DNA of 62,320 nucleotides, filler included, from 4 parts of 4 records of this genome joined end to end with filler, not necessarily neighbours in it, one strand, 5' to 3'. Shown: positions 9,583-20,520, numbered from the whole stretch's first letter. Translations and numbers: made by a program. The notes: generated by a model not told the origin, from the letters alone.

Positions 9583-11019
9583 TTATTTGCCGACCTTGGC
9601 GTTGCTAAATCCCGCGCTACGCACCCGGGACAGGGCTGACTGCGTCTGCTGAGAGGATCCGAAAGGGCCGGCCAATACAACGCGATACGCTTTGCCATTC
9701 CGCTTCACGGTGCCCAATCGCATTGGCAATCCCTGAGCCGCGAGGGACTGTGCCACTTGGCGAGCCTGAGCATCTGTCTTGAACGTCGCTACGCGCACCC
9801 AAGTTGACCGTGTTGCTGTCGGCGCAGGCTTAGCCTGCGCTACGGTCGCATTCGGCGCGGAGCGGGTAGAAATGCGAAACAAGGTTGGGGCTGGTGCCGC
9901 GCCCGAGTAGGCGGCTGCCCCCTCTGGCAAAGTTACAACCCGGGGCGTTTGTTCGAACGGGACAAGCGTGCGGGGAATGGTGCGTTGCCAGATCTGATCG
10001 GTTTGGGCATCCCCAGCAGCAGTTCTTAGGCCACGGTTCGGATTCAACCGGTCATCTTCGCGCTCAACAGCACGATAGCCATTCGGCGCGATATACGTAC
10101 CACTCACGACCGAAGGGCTGGCAGTCCGCTCAGCGCGGTTCTGATTTAGACGGTCATCCGTCCAAACCGGACGATACCCTTTGGGAACAGCAACGTTGGT
10201 TGTGTTATGACGGTTCTGGTACACGTGACGACGAACAACCCGCGTATTCGGGGTCAGCTGGGCAACCTGTGTCGTCGCACCGGTTGATGATGCCGCAGGT
10301 GCGATCACACCAGAAGATTTCCGTGACCCGCTTCGACCGGGTGTGACCGGAGACTCGGCTTGTGGTCCGCAGCGGACACCCTTTTTGTTGATGAACTGCT
10401 GGCTAAAGGACGACGCGTTGGAACACCCATTGCTCGCAGGAACCGTACGCGGGGCGATGGCCGTGGTCGGTGCAACTGGACGTGTGGTTTTTGTGGTCTT
10501 TGGCGGAACGGTTGTCACAGTGGTTGCAACCGTTGGGGCCGGCTTTCGCGTTGTTCTTGTTGCCGTGGTAGGACGCGCAGTCGTGGTGCGCGTCGTAGTG
10601 GTCGTTGTCCGTGTTGTCGTGGTCGTAGATGGCTTTGGCGTCGACACTGTCGTCGTCGTGGGCTTGGGCTGTGCCTTTGGTTTGGCGGGCGCAGCTGCTG
10701 GACCTGACGGATTGGTAATCACTTTGGGGGCTGCAGCTTGTTTGGTCGTCGAACCCGACGACGCTCCGGCCACGGCCGTCGGTTTATACCCGCAGACCTG
10801 TCGGCGGTCCCGCGCAACGCGTGGAACCCACGTGACATTCCCGTCAATGCCCGCGCGGATGTAGATACATCCGCGGCTGTCCACATACTGCTTCCCCTTA
10901 AAGGAGGCAGGTGGAAATTCCGCAGGCGGCGCGGCTTTACGCAGGGTTTGGGCCTGCAAGGATGTTAACCCGAAGGTTGCACCTATGATGGTAACTGCAA
11001 TAACTCTTGTAATTCTCAT
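9583..11019 (-). CDS. SPOR domain-containing secreted protein
   Basis: Signal peptide, PPAEFPPASFKGKQYVDSRGC N-motif, Thr/Pro-rich linker and C-terminal SPOR domain (WVRVATF...YRVVLAGPF...AGFSNA). Confidence 0.88.
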   Translation of the reverse strand: MRITRVIAVTIIGATFGLTSLQAQTLRKAAPPAEFPPASFKGKQYVDSRGCIYIRAGIDGNVTWVPRVARDRRQVCGYKPTAVAGASSGSTTKQAAAPKVITNPSGPAAAPAKPKAQPKPTTTTVSTPKPSTTTTTRTTTTTTRTTTARPTTATRTTRKPAPTVATTVTTVPPKTTKTTRPVAPTTAIAPRTVPASNGCSNASSFSQQFINKKGVRCGPQAESPVTPGRSGSRKSSGVIAPAASSTGATTQVAQLTPNTRVVRRHVYQNRHNTTNVAVPKGYRPVWTDDRLNQNRAERTASPSVVSGTYIAPNGYRAVEREDDRLNPNRGLRTAAGDAQTDQIWQRTIPRTLVPFEQTPRVVTLPEGAAAYSGAAPAPTLFRISTRSAPNATVAQAKPAPTATRSTWVRVATFKTDAQARQVAQSLAAQGLPMRLGTVKRNGKAYRVVLAGPFGSSQQTQSALSRVRSAGFSNAKVGK

Positions 11020-11097
11020 GACTGCCCCCACAAGATATGGAGGTCAGGATGCAGCAATTCTATCCTTGAGTAAAGCGCGCTTTGCCTTTGATTCGCC

Positions 11098-11730
11098 TTA
11101 TTTTGTCCCGAACATCCGATCCCCGGCATCGCCAAGCCCCGGCATGATATAACCTTTTGAGTTCAGCTCACGATCGAGTGAGGCCGTAACGATCGGCACA
11201 TCGGGGTGCGCTTCCTTCATTCGGGCCACGCCTTCGGGGGCCGCCAGCAGGCACAGGAACCGGATATCAACCGCCCCGGCCTCTTTCAGCAGATCAATCG
11301 CCGCTGCCGAGCTGTTGCCGGTGGCCAACATAGGATCCACCGCAATGACCAAACGGTCTTTCAAGCCTTCTGGGGCTTTGAAGTAATACTGAACAGGTTT
11401 CAGCGTCTCTTCGTCTCGGTACAGACCGACAAACCCCACGCGCGCCGACGGGACCAGTTCGAGAACCCCATCCAGCATGCCGTTTCCAGCTCGTAAAATC
11501 GACACAAGCGCCATCTTTTTGCCCGCAAGGATTGGCGCGTCCATGTCTTCCATCGGGGTTTCGATGTGGCGAGTGGTCAGTGGCATTTCACGCGTGATTT
11601 CATATGCCAATAGCTGGGTGATTTCGCGCAGCAACTGCCGAAACCCAGCGGTCGAGGTGCCTTTGTCCCGCATCAGGGTGAGTTTGTGCTGCACCAGCGG
11701 GTGATCGACGACGGTCAGATGGTCGCTCAT
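11098..11730 (-). CDS. upp: Uracil phosphoribosyltransferase
   Basis: [14 protein letters not shown] and [12 protein letters not shown] motifs. Confidence 0.97.
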   Translation of the reverse strand: MSDHLTVVDHPLVQHKLTLMRDKGTSTAGFRQLLREITQLLAYEITREMPLTTRHIETPMEDMDAPILAGKKMALVSILRAGNGMLDGVLELVPSARVGFVGLYRDEETLKPVQYYFKAPEGLKDRLVIAVDPMLATGNSSAAAIDLLKEAGAVDIRFLCLLAAPEGVARMKEAHPDVPIVTASLDRELNSKGYIMPGLGDAGDRMFGTK

Positions 11731-12713
11731 GTTGTCTCCAGTTTCTTTTTGACCCGGTCCCGGGTGTTGTCATCACAAAAAGCCGCATCAAGCGCAGTTG
11801 CATTCAAAGCGGCGAAATCTTCTTTGGCCCAACCAAATGCCTGCTGCAGCATCTCATATTCACGCCGCATTGTGGTGTGGAAAAATGGCGGATCGTCAGT
11901 TGAGACTGTTACGTTCACCCCGGCATTTCGCAATTGGGCAATCGGATGCGCAGCAAAGTTCGGATACAATCCCAAGACGATGTTGGAACCGGGACAAACC
12001 TCGAGCGTGGTTCCGCGATCTGCCAGTTCGTGCACAAGATCGGGATCTTCAATGGCCCGTACCCCGTGGCCGATCCGTTCAACGCCCAAGACCCGCACCG
12101 CGTCTCGCACACTGTCAGGGCCGGCAAATTCGCCTGCATGCGTGGTCAGCCGCAGCCCTGCTTCGCGCGCGCAATCAAAGCTCCATCCGAAATCGCCTTG
12201 CTGTCCGACGCCTTCGTTTCCGCCCATTCCAAACCCAACGATCCAATCGCCCGCTGTCTCTGCTGCACAGAGCGCCGCTGTCTTGGCCTTGTCTGGCCCG
12301 AAATGGCGCACACAGGTCACCACACCGCGCAGAACAATACCGTGTTTGGCTTCGGCTTCATCAGCGGCGTCCTGAATGGCGGCCAAATAGTCGCGCCACG
12401 CATGTAGATCGCCACCGCCACAAAAGTCGGGGCTCAGGAACGTTTCTGAATAGACAACGCCATTCGCAGCGCTCTCTTCTAGGATCGCCAGGGTCAAGCG
12501 GCGAAACTCCTCGGGGCCGGTCAGGACCGTACTTGCAGCCTCGTACACAGACAGAAAGTGTGTGAAATCCTGAAAGTCATAGCCGCCGTCTGGGGTGAAA
12601 ATCCCACTCAGATCGATCTTCTTTTCATGCGCCAACTGGCGAATGAACGCAGGCGGCGCGGCGCCTTCGTGGTGCAGGTGCAATTCGACCTTGGGTAGAT
12701 CTGCAACCGTCAT
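11727..12713 (-). CDS. add: Adenosine deaminase
   Basis: [20 protein letters not shown] and STDDPPFF motifs; ATG at 12713 overlaps the deoB stop. Confidence 0.94.
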   Translation of the reverse strand: MTVADLPKVELHLHHEGAAPPAFIRQLAHEKKIDLSGIFTPDGGYDFQDFTHFLSVYEAASTVLTGPEEFRRLTLAILEESAANGVVYSETFLSPDFCGGGDLHAWRDYLAAIQDAADEAEAKHGIVLRGVVTCVRHFGPDKAKTAALCAAETAGDWIVGFGMGGNEGVGQQGDFGWSFDCAREAGLRLTTHAGEFAGPDSVRDAVRVLGVERIGHGVRAIEDPDLVHELADRGTTLEVCPGSNIVLGLYPNFAAHPIAQLRNAGVNVTVSTDDPPFFHTTMRREYEMLQQAFGWAKEDFAALNATALDAAFCDDNTRDRVKKKLETT

Positions 12714-13921
12714 AGAAAGCTCCTTCCCGGTCCTTGCGCCGGTATGTCTAGATGATGGGCAACGCTGGCGGCGATGTCGACAAAGTTGACCTGACCAATC
12801 GAACCCGTACCGCGCCCTGCAATCAGAACAGGTACTTGTTCGCGGGTGTGATCTGACCCAACCCAACTGGGGTCGTTTCCATGATCAGCCGTCAAAATCA
12901 ATATGTCATCAGGTTTCAGGTTTTTCAGAACCGAGCCAAACGCGGTATCGAACCATTCCAACGCGCGCGCATATCCGCTGATATCACGCCGGTGCCCAAA
13001 AAGGCTGTCAAACTCTACAAAGTTAGCAAAGGTCAGGCTGCCATCCTCGGCGTCACGCACAAGGTCCTGCAGATGCTGCATCAAGGTGGCATCGCTGCCT
13101 TTACGCAGATCATCGATCCCCTGCATGGTAAAGATATCGCCAATTTTTCCGATGCCATAAACTTTGCACCCCGCATCTTGTGCCCAATTGGTCAAGATCG
13201 GCGCCGGTGGTGCAATGGCAAAATCTTTACGATTTGTTGTGCGGGTAAACCCCGTTTCAGGCGTGCCAACAAAGGGACGCGCAATGACACGCCCTACTTT
13301 CATCGCATGAAGACGAGGGGCGAGCGCCTTGCACAGCTCAAGCAGCCGCGTCAGGCCAAATGTCTCTTCATGCGCAGCGATCTGAAACACGCTGTCAGCA
13401 GAGGTATAACAAATCGGCTTGCCACTCTGCATGTGCTCTGCACCGCATTGATCGATGATGGCCGTTCCAGAGGCGTGGCAATCCCCCAAAATGCCGGACA
13501 CATCCGCATGCGCTATAACGGCCTGCGTCAACTCAGACGGAAACGCAGGTGTGGTATCCGGGAAATAGTGCCACTCCCATGGGACAGGCACGCCAGCCAG
13601 TTCCCAATGCCCCGATGGAGTGTCCTTGCCAAGCGAATGTTCTTGCGCACAGCCCCATAGCCCCACTGGTTCGGCCTCTAGTCCTGGCGTCGCATCGCCC
13701 GAGGCCAACCGCACGGCGGCCCCCAACCCCAAGGCATCAAGATGCGGCACGTGTAAGGGACCCGTCCGCCCCTCTTCGGCCAAGCCATTTGCGCAGGCCT
13801 GCGCAATATGGGCGACAGTGTTCGCACCCGTGTCAGGCGTTTTCCCGTTGAAAAAGGCATGGGCATCTAATGCCCCCCCAATTCCAACGGAATCCAGCAC
13901 CACCAAAAAGGCCCGCGTCAT
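12710..13921 (-). CDS. deoB: Phosphopentomutase
   Basis: LDSVGIG, GKDTPSGHWE, YTSADSVFQIAAHE, GHRRD and TADHGNDP motifs. Confidence 0.96.
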   Translation of the reverse strand: MTRAFLVVLDSVGIGGALDAHAFFNGKTPDTGANTVAHIAQACANGLAEEGRTGPLHVPHLDALGLGAAVRLASGDATPGLEAEPVGLWGCAQEHSLGKDTPSGHWELAGVPVPWEWHYFPDTTPAFPSELTQAVIAHADVSGILGDCHASGTAIIDQCGAEHMQSGKPICYTSADSVFQIAAHEETFGLTRLLELCKALAPRLHAMKVGRVIARPFVGTPETGFTRTTNRKDFAIAPPAPILTNWAQDAGCKVYGIGKIGDIFTMQGIDDLRKGSDATLMQHLQDLVRDAEDGSLTFANFVEFDSLFGHRRDISGYARALEWFDTAFGSVLKNLKPDDILILTADHGNDPSWVGSDHTREQVPVLIAGRGTGSIGQVNFVDIAASVAHHLDIPAQGPGRSFL

Positions 13922-15225
13922 GCCAAGATCCGTTCATGGATAAGAGGCGGCGCGTCGATTGGCTTAGGTCCTATGGTAATCGCCTTGCGGATTGCGATGT
14001 CTGTCATTTGCGCCGCGTCTTCGCGTGCCGCATGGATCACCACCAACGGCGTTGTCCTATCGACCTTGTCGCCCAATCGAACCATATTCGACAGGCCCAC
14101 TGCAGGATCAATCACGTCGCTTTCCACCTGACGCCCCCCGCCCAAGGCGACCACGGCCAGCCCCAGGGCTTCGCCATCGATTGCGATGACATACCCTGTC
14201 TCATGAGCGGGCACCTCTTGGATCACGTTCGCCTCTGGCAAAAAGCGCACCCAACTGTCGACGAATTGAACTGGGCCACCCACAGCCGCAATCATGCGTC
14301 CAAACCGTTCGGCAGCCCGACCATCGCGGATAATTTCAGCAATCTGCGCCTGACCTTGATCCGCATCTTGCACCAAACCTGCATCCGCCAGCAAAACACC
14401 ACCCAAAGCGGCCGAAAGCTCTGCCAAGGCGCTTGTCTTGCCACAGGTCAGGGCACGCATCACTTCGGCAACTTCCAACGCATTTCCGAGCGATCCCGCC
14501 AAGGGTTGGTTCATATCCGTAATCACGGCCGAGGTTTTACACCCGGTTGCATTCGCCGTCTCAGTCAAGGCCGTCGCCAGATTGCGCGCTTCGGCAAGGG
14601 TTTTCATAAAGGCCCCACTGCCGACTTTAACATCCAGAACCAAAGCATCCGGACTGGCCGCCATTTTCTTTGACAAAATCGAAGCCGTAATCAAATCAAG
14701 GCTTTCAACCGTCGCTGTAACGTCACGGATCGCATAAAGACGTTTATCAGCCGGTGCGATTTGCGCCGTCGCCCCCACAATCGCCGCCCCGGTATCCGCC
14801 ACAATCTGCGCAAGACGGTCTTCGGACACTTGAGTTGTGACACCGGGAATGGCCTCCATCTTGTCGAGCGTGCCACCGGTATGCCCCAGCCCACGGCCAG
14901 AAATCATTGGCACATATGCGCCGCACTCAGCCAAGGCAGGTGCCAGCACAAGGCTCACACAATCCCCAACGCCCCCGGTGGAATGCTTGTCGATCACAGG
15001 ACCGTCCAGATCCCATGTCAACACATCCCCACTGTCGCGCATGGCAAGTGTAAGGGCGGCCCGAGCCGAGGCATCAAGCCCCCCCATGCACACCGCCATA
15101 GCAAAAGCCCCAGCCTGTGCATCCGACACGCCGCCGTCTGCCAGCCCTTGCGCAAACCATCGCATTTCATCTGTGTCTGGAACAAATCCGCGCCGCAATT
15201 TGGCAATAATAGAACGCGCATCCAT
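13918..15225 (-). CDS. deoA: Thymidine (pyrimidine-nucleoside) phosphorylase
   Basis: DKHSTGGVGD, SGRGLGHTGGTLDK and LDVKVGSGAFM motifs; start MDARSII at 15225. Confidence 0.96.
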   Translation of the reverse strand: MDARSIIAKLRRGFVPDTDEMRWFAQGLADGGVSDAQAGAFAMAVCMGGLDASARAALTLAMRDSGDVLTWDLDGPVIDKHSTGGVGDCVSLVLAPALAECGAYVPMISGRGLGHTGGTLDKMEAIPGVTTQVSEDRLAQIVADTGAAIVGATAQIAPADKRLYAIRDVTATVESLDLITASILSKKMAASPDALVLDVKVGSGAFMKTLAEARNLATALTETANATGCKTSAVITDMNQPLAGSLGNALEVAEVMRALTCGKTSALAELSAALGGVLLADAGLVQDADQGQAQIAEIIRDGRAAERFGRMIAAVGGPVQFVDSWVRFLPEANVIQEVPAHETGYVIAIDGEALGLAVVALGGGRQVESDVIDPAVGLSNMVRLGDKVDRTTPLVVIHAAREDAAQMTDIAIRKAITIGPKPIDAPPLIHERILA

Positions 15226-15229
15226 GAGC

Positions 15230-15622
15230 TTAGGATTCATCCATATGCGCAGCCCCAAAGGCACCGGGCAGCAATTCAGATATGGTCATTGATTTTTCCA
15301 CGCCATCCGTCGTGGCCATGGTCACAACAACATCCCCGTTGCCAAATTCTGCCAATTTTTGACGGCAGCCACCACAAGGCGGCACCGGATCGGGGCATTC
15401 TGCCACGACATAAACCTCAGTCAACTCAACCTCTCCAGAGGCGACCATGACAGCAATGGCACCAGCCTCAGCACAGGTTCCTTCGGGATAGGCAACGTTT
15501 TCCACATTGCATCCAGAATATATCTTGCCCGAAGCCGACCGGATCGCCGCGCCAACCTGAAAATTGGAATACGGCGCATGGGCGTTTTTACGAACGGCAA
15601 GTGCGGCATCTTTTAGGCTCAT
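15230..15622 (-). CDS. cdd: Cytidine deaminase
   Basis: APYSNFQVGAA, CAE and PCGGCRQ zinc motifs. Confidence 0.97.
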   Translation of the reverse strand: MSLKDAALAVRKNAHAPYSNFQVGAAIRSASGKIYSGCNVENVAYPEGTCAEAGAIAVMVASGEVELTEVYVVAECPDPVPPCGGCRQKLAEFGNGDVVVTMATTDGVEKSMTISELLPGAFGAAHMDES

Positions 15623-15723
15623 GGCGATTCCTTTTTTTGATCATCTGGTCAGAATATCCCACCCTACGCGAAACGCACCAAAGAGGTGAAGCCCCCCCTT
15701 AGGCACGTCGTAGCAGTACGGCG

Positions 15724-16336
15724 TCATTCCACCGTTGTGTTAAAGGTTCCGGGCAGAGTGACTTCGAGCAATTCGATATCGTAAGAGGGCGCGCTGAGCC
15801 GGGTTTTCATGCCGGGTGGAATAACGAACGCATCCCCTTGCTCTAGCAGATAGGGATCGCGACCTTCCCCTTCGAGGGTGACCGTGCCTTGCATGACAAA
15901 GGTAAAGTGAATGTCCGTATCATGCGTGGCCCATTGTGGCTCCCCCTCGCCACGGCGCGCCACCTGAACGCCCGCTACACCTTTGGTGTTGGCAGCGATG
16001 GTTGTGTCGCGGCAAATGTATCCGGGCAACCGGAATGGAACCCATTCTGCATCTTTGGCTTGGTTATAAACGAACCTTTGCCCCTGCCATTCACGATCTG
16101 GCCGCAGGTCTGGCGTGGGCAGCTGCATGTCATGATCAATCTCAGTCACATGCTCGGCTGGGACGCCGATTTCGATCACCTGCACATTATCCGAGGCCTC
16201 AAGCACACGATGACGGATTTCTGGCGGTTGGATAAAGCAATCCCCAGCAGTCAAGCGCATCTTTGGGCCTTGATCTTCGTACACCACATCAACCCAACCA
16301 TGGATGCAAAAGATCAGCTGAAACCCGACCTTGTGG
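15724..16336 (-). CDS. Multi-cupin domain protein (5' truncated by contig end)
   Basis: Two cupin motifs (GDCFIQPPEIRH; HDTDIHFTFVMQG...GDAFVIPPG); the frame is open up to the gap. Confidence 0.85.
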
Positions 16337-16436
16337 NNNNNNNNNNNNNNNNNNNNNNNNNNNNNNNNNNNNNNNNNNNNTTAATTAATTAANNNNNNNN
16401 NNNNNNNNNNNNNNNNNNNNNNNNNNNNNNNNNNNN
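16337..16436. other. Artificial contig linker
   Basis: N44-TTAATTAATTAA-N44; stops in all six frames. Confidence 0.99.
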
Positions 16437-16580
16437 GATGCCATGGTCAAGCCATGGCATGACGAACTGGATGGGGGGCACCAAAGATGGTTGGATATTC
16501 ATAGGGTTGGAAACTGACCTGCCGCAAGAAAACCCTTTCCGTCGTCCTCCCGGGCGAGCACCGCGAGACCCGGGGCCTAC
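16437..16580. repeat. REP/RIME-like palindromic elements at contig start
   Basis: ATGCCATGG-tcaag-CCATGGCAT-GAC (16438-16463) and GTCGTCCTCCCGGG...GACCCGGGG (from 16541). Both resemble the GTCRTCCCGG element at 30028, and a contig break at a repeat is expected. Confidence 0.65.
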
Positions 16581-16824
16581 TCGTTTCCTGGGCATCAATT
16601 GTCTCGCAACCGCTTCTCCTGGCACTTAGGTGCGTTGATCCCGACACTCCCTTTGCCCGGTCTGGGCCATTCCTCTGCCTGCCAGACGTTCTTTTCCGAA
16701 CGCCCCTCCTTCCCGTTTTCTAACGAGAAAGTGAGGCGGCTTGTCCGGGGGGCTGATGCTGGCTTGTTGACGGCGCCCATCAGCCTGTGGCCTTTACCGG
16801 GAAACGTCATTTTGAAGGTGAGCC

Positions 16825-18117
16825 TTGTCCCAGCCGTCTCCTGCCGCATCCGGCGCCTTGTCCGGCCTTGTTGTCCTCGACCTTTCCCGCATTCTCGCCG
16901 GACCGACCTGCACCCAGATCCTGGGCGATCTCGGTGCGGAGGTGATCAAGATCGAACGGCCGGGCCGGGGGGACGACACGCGCGGTTGGGGACCGCCCTT
17001 CCTGAAAGATGGTGAGGGCAGGGAGACCGGCGAAAGCGCCTACTACCTTTCCTCCAATCGCAACAAGGCGTCCGTCGCCATTGATCTCGCCAGCCCCGAA
17101 GGGCAGCAGCTGATTGCCGATCTGGCGGCAAAGGCCGACATTCTGGTGGAGAACTTCAAGGTCGGTGACCTGAAGCGGCGCGGACTTGACTATGACACGC
17201 TGAAGGTTCGCAACCCGCGCCTGATATACTGTTCCATAACCGGCTTCGGACAGACCGGCCCTTACGCACAGCGGGCAGGATATGATTTCCTGATCCAGGG
17301 CATGGGCGGGATCATGTCGCTGACGGGCTTTGCGGATGAGGACGGCGGCACGGAAACCAAATGCGGCGTCGGCATCGCCGACGTCATGTGCGGGATGTAT
17401 GCGACCGTCTCCATCCTCGCTGCACTCAACCACCGCAACAGCACCGGAGAAGGTCAGTCCATCGATATCTCGCTGCTGGATGCTCAGGTCTCCTGGCTGA
17501 TCAACCAGGGTGTGGCCTATCTTACCTCCGGCAAGGTGCCGGGCCGCCTCGGCAACGGCCATCCCACCATCGTGCCCTACGAGACTTTCCCGGCAAGCGA
17601 CCAGTCCTTCATTCTGGCGGTTGGCAATGACAGCCAGTTCGGCAAGTTCTGCAAGGTTGCCGGTGCGCCGGAACTGGCCGAAGATCCGCGTTATGCCAGG
17701 AATGCCGACCGGGTGCGCAACCGTGCGGAGCTGGTCCCGAAGATCCGCCGTCTGACAATCGAGAAGGCCGCGGCAGAGTGGATTGCCGAGCTTGAAGCTG
17801 AAGGCGTTCCCTGCGGCCCGGTGAACGATCTGGAACAGGTTTTTGCCGATCCGCAGGTGCTGGCGCGCCAGATGCGGATCACCCTGCCGCATCCGCTTGG
17901 CGGCGAAGTCGACCTGATAGGCTCGCCCATCAACCTGGAAAAGACGCCGGTTGCCTACCGCAGCGCGCCACCGCTTGTGGGAGCGGATACTGCGGATGTT
18001 CTGACCCGTCTGCTTGGACTTGGTGCAGACGCCCTTTCCGATCTTGCCGGCAGAGGCATTCTCGACCTCGGCCCAACCCCGCCAGACACGGCGACTGAAG
18101 GACACAGCAGCAAATGA
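16825..18117 (+). CDS. CaiB/BaiF family III CoA-transferase
   Basis: DLSRILAGP, LGAEVIKIE, NRNKAS, ENFK, GFGQTGP and GYD motifs. Confidence 0.95.
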   Translation: MSQPSPAASGALSGLVVLDLSRILAGPTCTQILGDLGAEVIKIERPGRGDDTRGWGPPFLKDGEGRETGESAYYLSSNRNKASVAIDLASPEGQQLIADLAAKADILVENFKVGDLKRRGLDYDTLKVRNPRLIYCSITGFGQTGPYAQRAGYDFLIQGMGGIMSLTGFADEDGGTETKCGVGIADVMCGMYATVSILAALNHRNSTGEGQSIDISLLDAQVSWLINQGVAYLTSGKVPGRLGNGHPTIVPYETFPASDQSFILAVGNDSQFGKFCKVAGAPELAEDPRYARNADRVRNRAELVPKIRRLTIEKAAAEWIAELEAEGVPCGPVNDLEQVFADPQVLARQMRITLPHPLGGEVDLIGSPINLEKTPVAYRSAPPLVGADTADVLTRLLGLGADALSDLAGRGILDLGPTPPDTATEGHSSK

Positions 18118-19730
18118 CCACTGGTGCGGATATCATCGCAGGCAAACTTCACGCGGCAGGCTGCCGTCACGCCTTCGGCATTCCGGGCGGCGAGGTGCTA
18201 GCCCTCATGCAGGCGCTGGACGAGGCAGGCCTCAACTTTGTGCTGGTGAAGCACGAGAATGCGGGTGGCTTCATGGCCGAAGGCGGCTGGCATGCCGACG
18301 GCGCGCCAGGCGTGCTTCTTGCAACGCTCGGGCCGGGAGCGGCCAATGCGGTCAACGTCGTTGCCAATGCCTGGCAGGACCGGGTGCCGCTGATCTTCCT
18401 CACCGGGTGTGTCGACCAGGGAGAGGCGGAAAGCTACACCCACCAGGTGTTCGATCATCAACAGTTGCTGCGCCCCATCGTCAAGGCCAGCTTCTCTGCT
18501 CGTCTGGGCGCTCTGGACGTGATGATGGAAAAGGCACTGGCCATTGCGCTCGACGGCCAGCCTGGCCCGGTGCACATCGACGTACCGATCCGTGTTGCCG
18601 AGGGGGACACACAGGAAGCCTGGAGCCGTGTGTTCCAGTCTTCACCGGTCGCAACCGCACCGGTGTCCGGCCCGGATCTGGACACTGCGCTGGACCTTTT
18701 CAGAAAGGCTGAACGGCCGATTGCGATCGCCGGTGTCGATGCCGTCAACGAGGCAGCTTCGGCTGCAATTTCCGAATTCTGCGAAGCGTTTCAAATTCCC
18801 CTTGTCACCAGCTACAAGGGCAAGGGCCTGCTCGACGAAAACAATCCGCTTGCCCTTGGCGGAGCCGGCCTCTCACCCAAGGCCGATGGCCTGCTGCTGC
18901 CGCTCATCAACAAGAGCGACTGCATTCTGCTGCTCGGTTACGACCCCATCGAGATGCGCATCAACTGGCGCAATCCGTGGGATGCCGACGCGCCTGTGGT
19001 CGACATCACCCCGGTGCTGCGCACCCATGGCATGCACAGTGTACGGTCAACGCTGCGCAGCGCAGTGCAGCCGGCGCTTGATCTATTGGGCGCCGCGCGC
19101 CAGCCGGCAAAGCCCTCCTGGCCGGCTGGCGAACCTGCCGCTGTCCGGGCCGAGCTGGACAAGGCCTTCGCACCGGAAGCGTCCGGCTGGGGCCCGGGCA
19201 CGGTCTTCCACACGCTGCGCGCGGCCTTGCCGGCCGACACGGTGGCAACCGCCGACAGCGGTGCTCACCGCATTCTTGTCAGCCAGATCTGGCGCTGTCC
19301 GATGCCTCGTCAGATGCTGCAGTCTTCCGCGCTCTGCACCATGGGCTGCGCCGTGCCGCTGGCCATGGGCCACCGCGTGGTCGAAGGGGCATCCCCTGTG
19401 ATTGCCTTTGTTGGCGACGCAGGTCTGGAAATGTGCCTTGGTGAACTTTCCACCCTGCGTGACCTCAAGATACCCGTCATCATCTGTGTGCTGGTCGACA
19501 CAAGCCTGTCGCTGATCGAGTTGAAGCAGCGCTCCAGCCAGCGCCCGAATGTGGGTGTGGATTTCGGCGAAACGGATTTCCCGGCCGTCGCCAGGGCCTA
19601 TGGCGGCCACGGTGTGTGGGTGGAGGATGCAGAAACTTTGCACCGTGAGGCCGAGGACGCGCTCGCCCGCGAAGGTTTCACCCTGCTGGCCTGCCGGATT
19701 GAGCGGCGGGCATATGACGGGACGTTTTAG
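18114..19730 (+). CDS. Thiamine pyrophosphate-dependent enzyme (acetolactate synthase large subunit-like)
   Basis: FGIPGGE, KHE catalytic Glu, TLGPGAAN, GPVHIDVP and TPP motif GDAG; ATGA overlap with the CoA-transferase. Confidence 0.9.
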   Translation: MTTGADIIAGKLHAAGCRHAFGIPGGEVLALMQALDEAGLNFVLVKHENAGGFMAEGGWHADGAPGVLLATLGPGAANAVNVVANAWQDRVPLIFLTGCVDQGEAESYTHQVFDHQQLLRPIVKASFSARLGALDVMMEKALAIALDGQPGPVHIDVPIRVAEGDTQEAWSRVFQSSPVATAPVSGPDLDTALDLFRKAERPIAIAGVDAVNEAASAAISEFCEAFQIPLVTSYKGKGLLDENNPLALGGAGLSPKADGLLLPLINKSDCILLLGYDPIEMRINWRNPWDADAPVVDITPVLRTHGMHSVRSTLRSAVQPALDLLGAARQPAKPSWPAGEPAAVRAELDKAFAPEASGWGPGTVFHTLRAALPADTVATADSGAHRILVSQIWRCPMPRQMLQSSALCTMGCAVPLAMGHRVVEGASPVIAFVGDAGLEMCLGELSTLRDLKIPVIICVLVDTSLSLIELKQRSSQRPNVGVDFGETDFPAVARAYGGHGVWVEDAETLHREAEDALAREGFTLLACRIERRAYDGTF

Positions 19731-19773
19731 AGAAGGCTAGACCTAGCTGAGATTTGCGCAATGTCTCTGGACG

Positions 19774-20469
19774 TCACGATTTGATTAGCCAGTGGAAGGC
19801 ATCCCGGAGAAAGGCCTGGCCGTTTTCGGACACCGGGGTGCCGTGCGCGATCAGAACCCTCTTGCTGGGCCAGTCCAAGATTTGCCGCACGGCAAACCGG
19901 GCGGCATCCCGGTTCGTGAAAGCGAGCCGGAATTTCCGTGGAACAGAAGGCGTTTGCCTTGTCATCAGGTCGAGGCGGGCTACCAGGGCACGCCATCCCT
20001 TGAACCAGCCCGGTGAAAACTGCTGCAGCAGATCCGCGAAGATAGCCGTGCCGCTGGCCCGGTGGAACAATACGGCTTCGCTGGTAATCCGGTTTCCTGG
20101 AACCACCACGACATCAATCTCTGCCTGCCAGCCGGGCACCGTGATGCCAGCGAGCTCGCCAGCGAAGACAAGATCCGGGCGCTTTTTACGCAGACCCGGT
20201 GGTGCGAGAATTTCGGCGTCGGGATAGGCCTGCTGCCATTCGGCAAGGAAGGTGTCATGCAGACTGTTCGGCGGAACGATGTATCGGACCGTGCCGAGCG
20301 CATCGACGGCACAACCGAGCTCCGGAGAAAAGGCAACGGGCGACCAGACGACTAACCCTTCGTTGGAAAGGCGGATGATCGCCATGCGCGTGGGATAGTG
20401 AAATCCGGCAGCGGCTCTCACTGTCGGGCCTTCCGCAATCCAGATTTCCGGTCCGAATTCCTCGAGCAT
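19774..20469 (-). CDS. DUF4336 family protein (metallo-beta-lactamase-like fold)
   Basis: YPTRMAIIRL, VWSPV, IVPPNSLHDTFL and IAHG motifs. Confidence 0.85.
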   Translation of the reverse strand: MLEEFGPEIWIAEGPTVRAAAGFHYPTRMAIIRLSNEGLVVWSPVAFSPELGCAVDALGTVRYIVPPNSLHDTFLAEWQQAYPDAEILAPPGLRKKRPDLVFAGELAGITVPGWQAEIDVVVVPGNRITSEAVLFHRASGTAIFADLLQQFSPGWFKGWRALVARLDLMTRQTPSVPRKFRLAFTNRDAARFAVRQILDWPSKRVLIAHGTPVSENGQAFLRDAFHWLIKS

Positions 20470-20485
20470 CGCTTGGTTCCATTTG

Positions 20486-20518
20486 TTTACACGAGTGTAA
20501 AATTACACTAGAGTATAA
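20486..20518. promoter_or_regulatory. Putative TetR operators in a 51-bp divergent promoter
   Basis: TTTACAC-GA-GTGTAAA (20486-20501) and a related TTACAC-TAGA-GTATAA (20503-20518). Confidence 0.75.
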
Positions 20519-20520
20519 AA

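Noticed and set aside
11098..15622. cdd-deoA-deoB-add-upp operon as a novel system
   Set aside because: It is an ordinary nucleoside salvage cluster of well-characterised enzymes.
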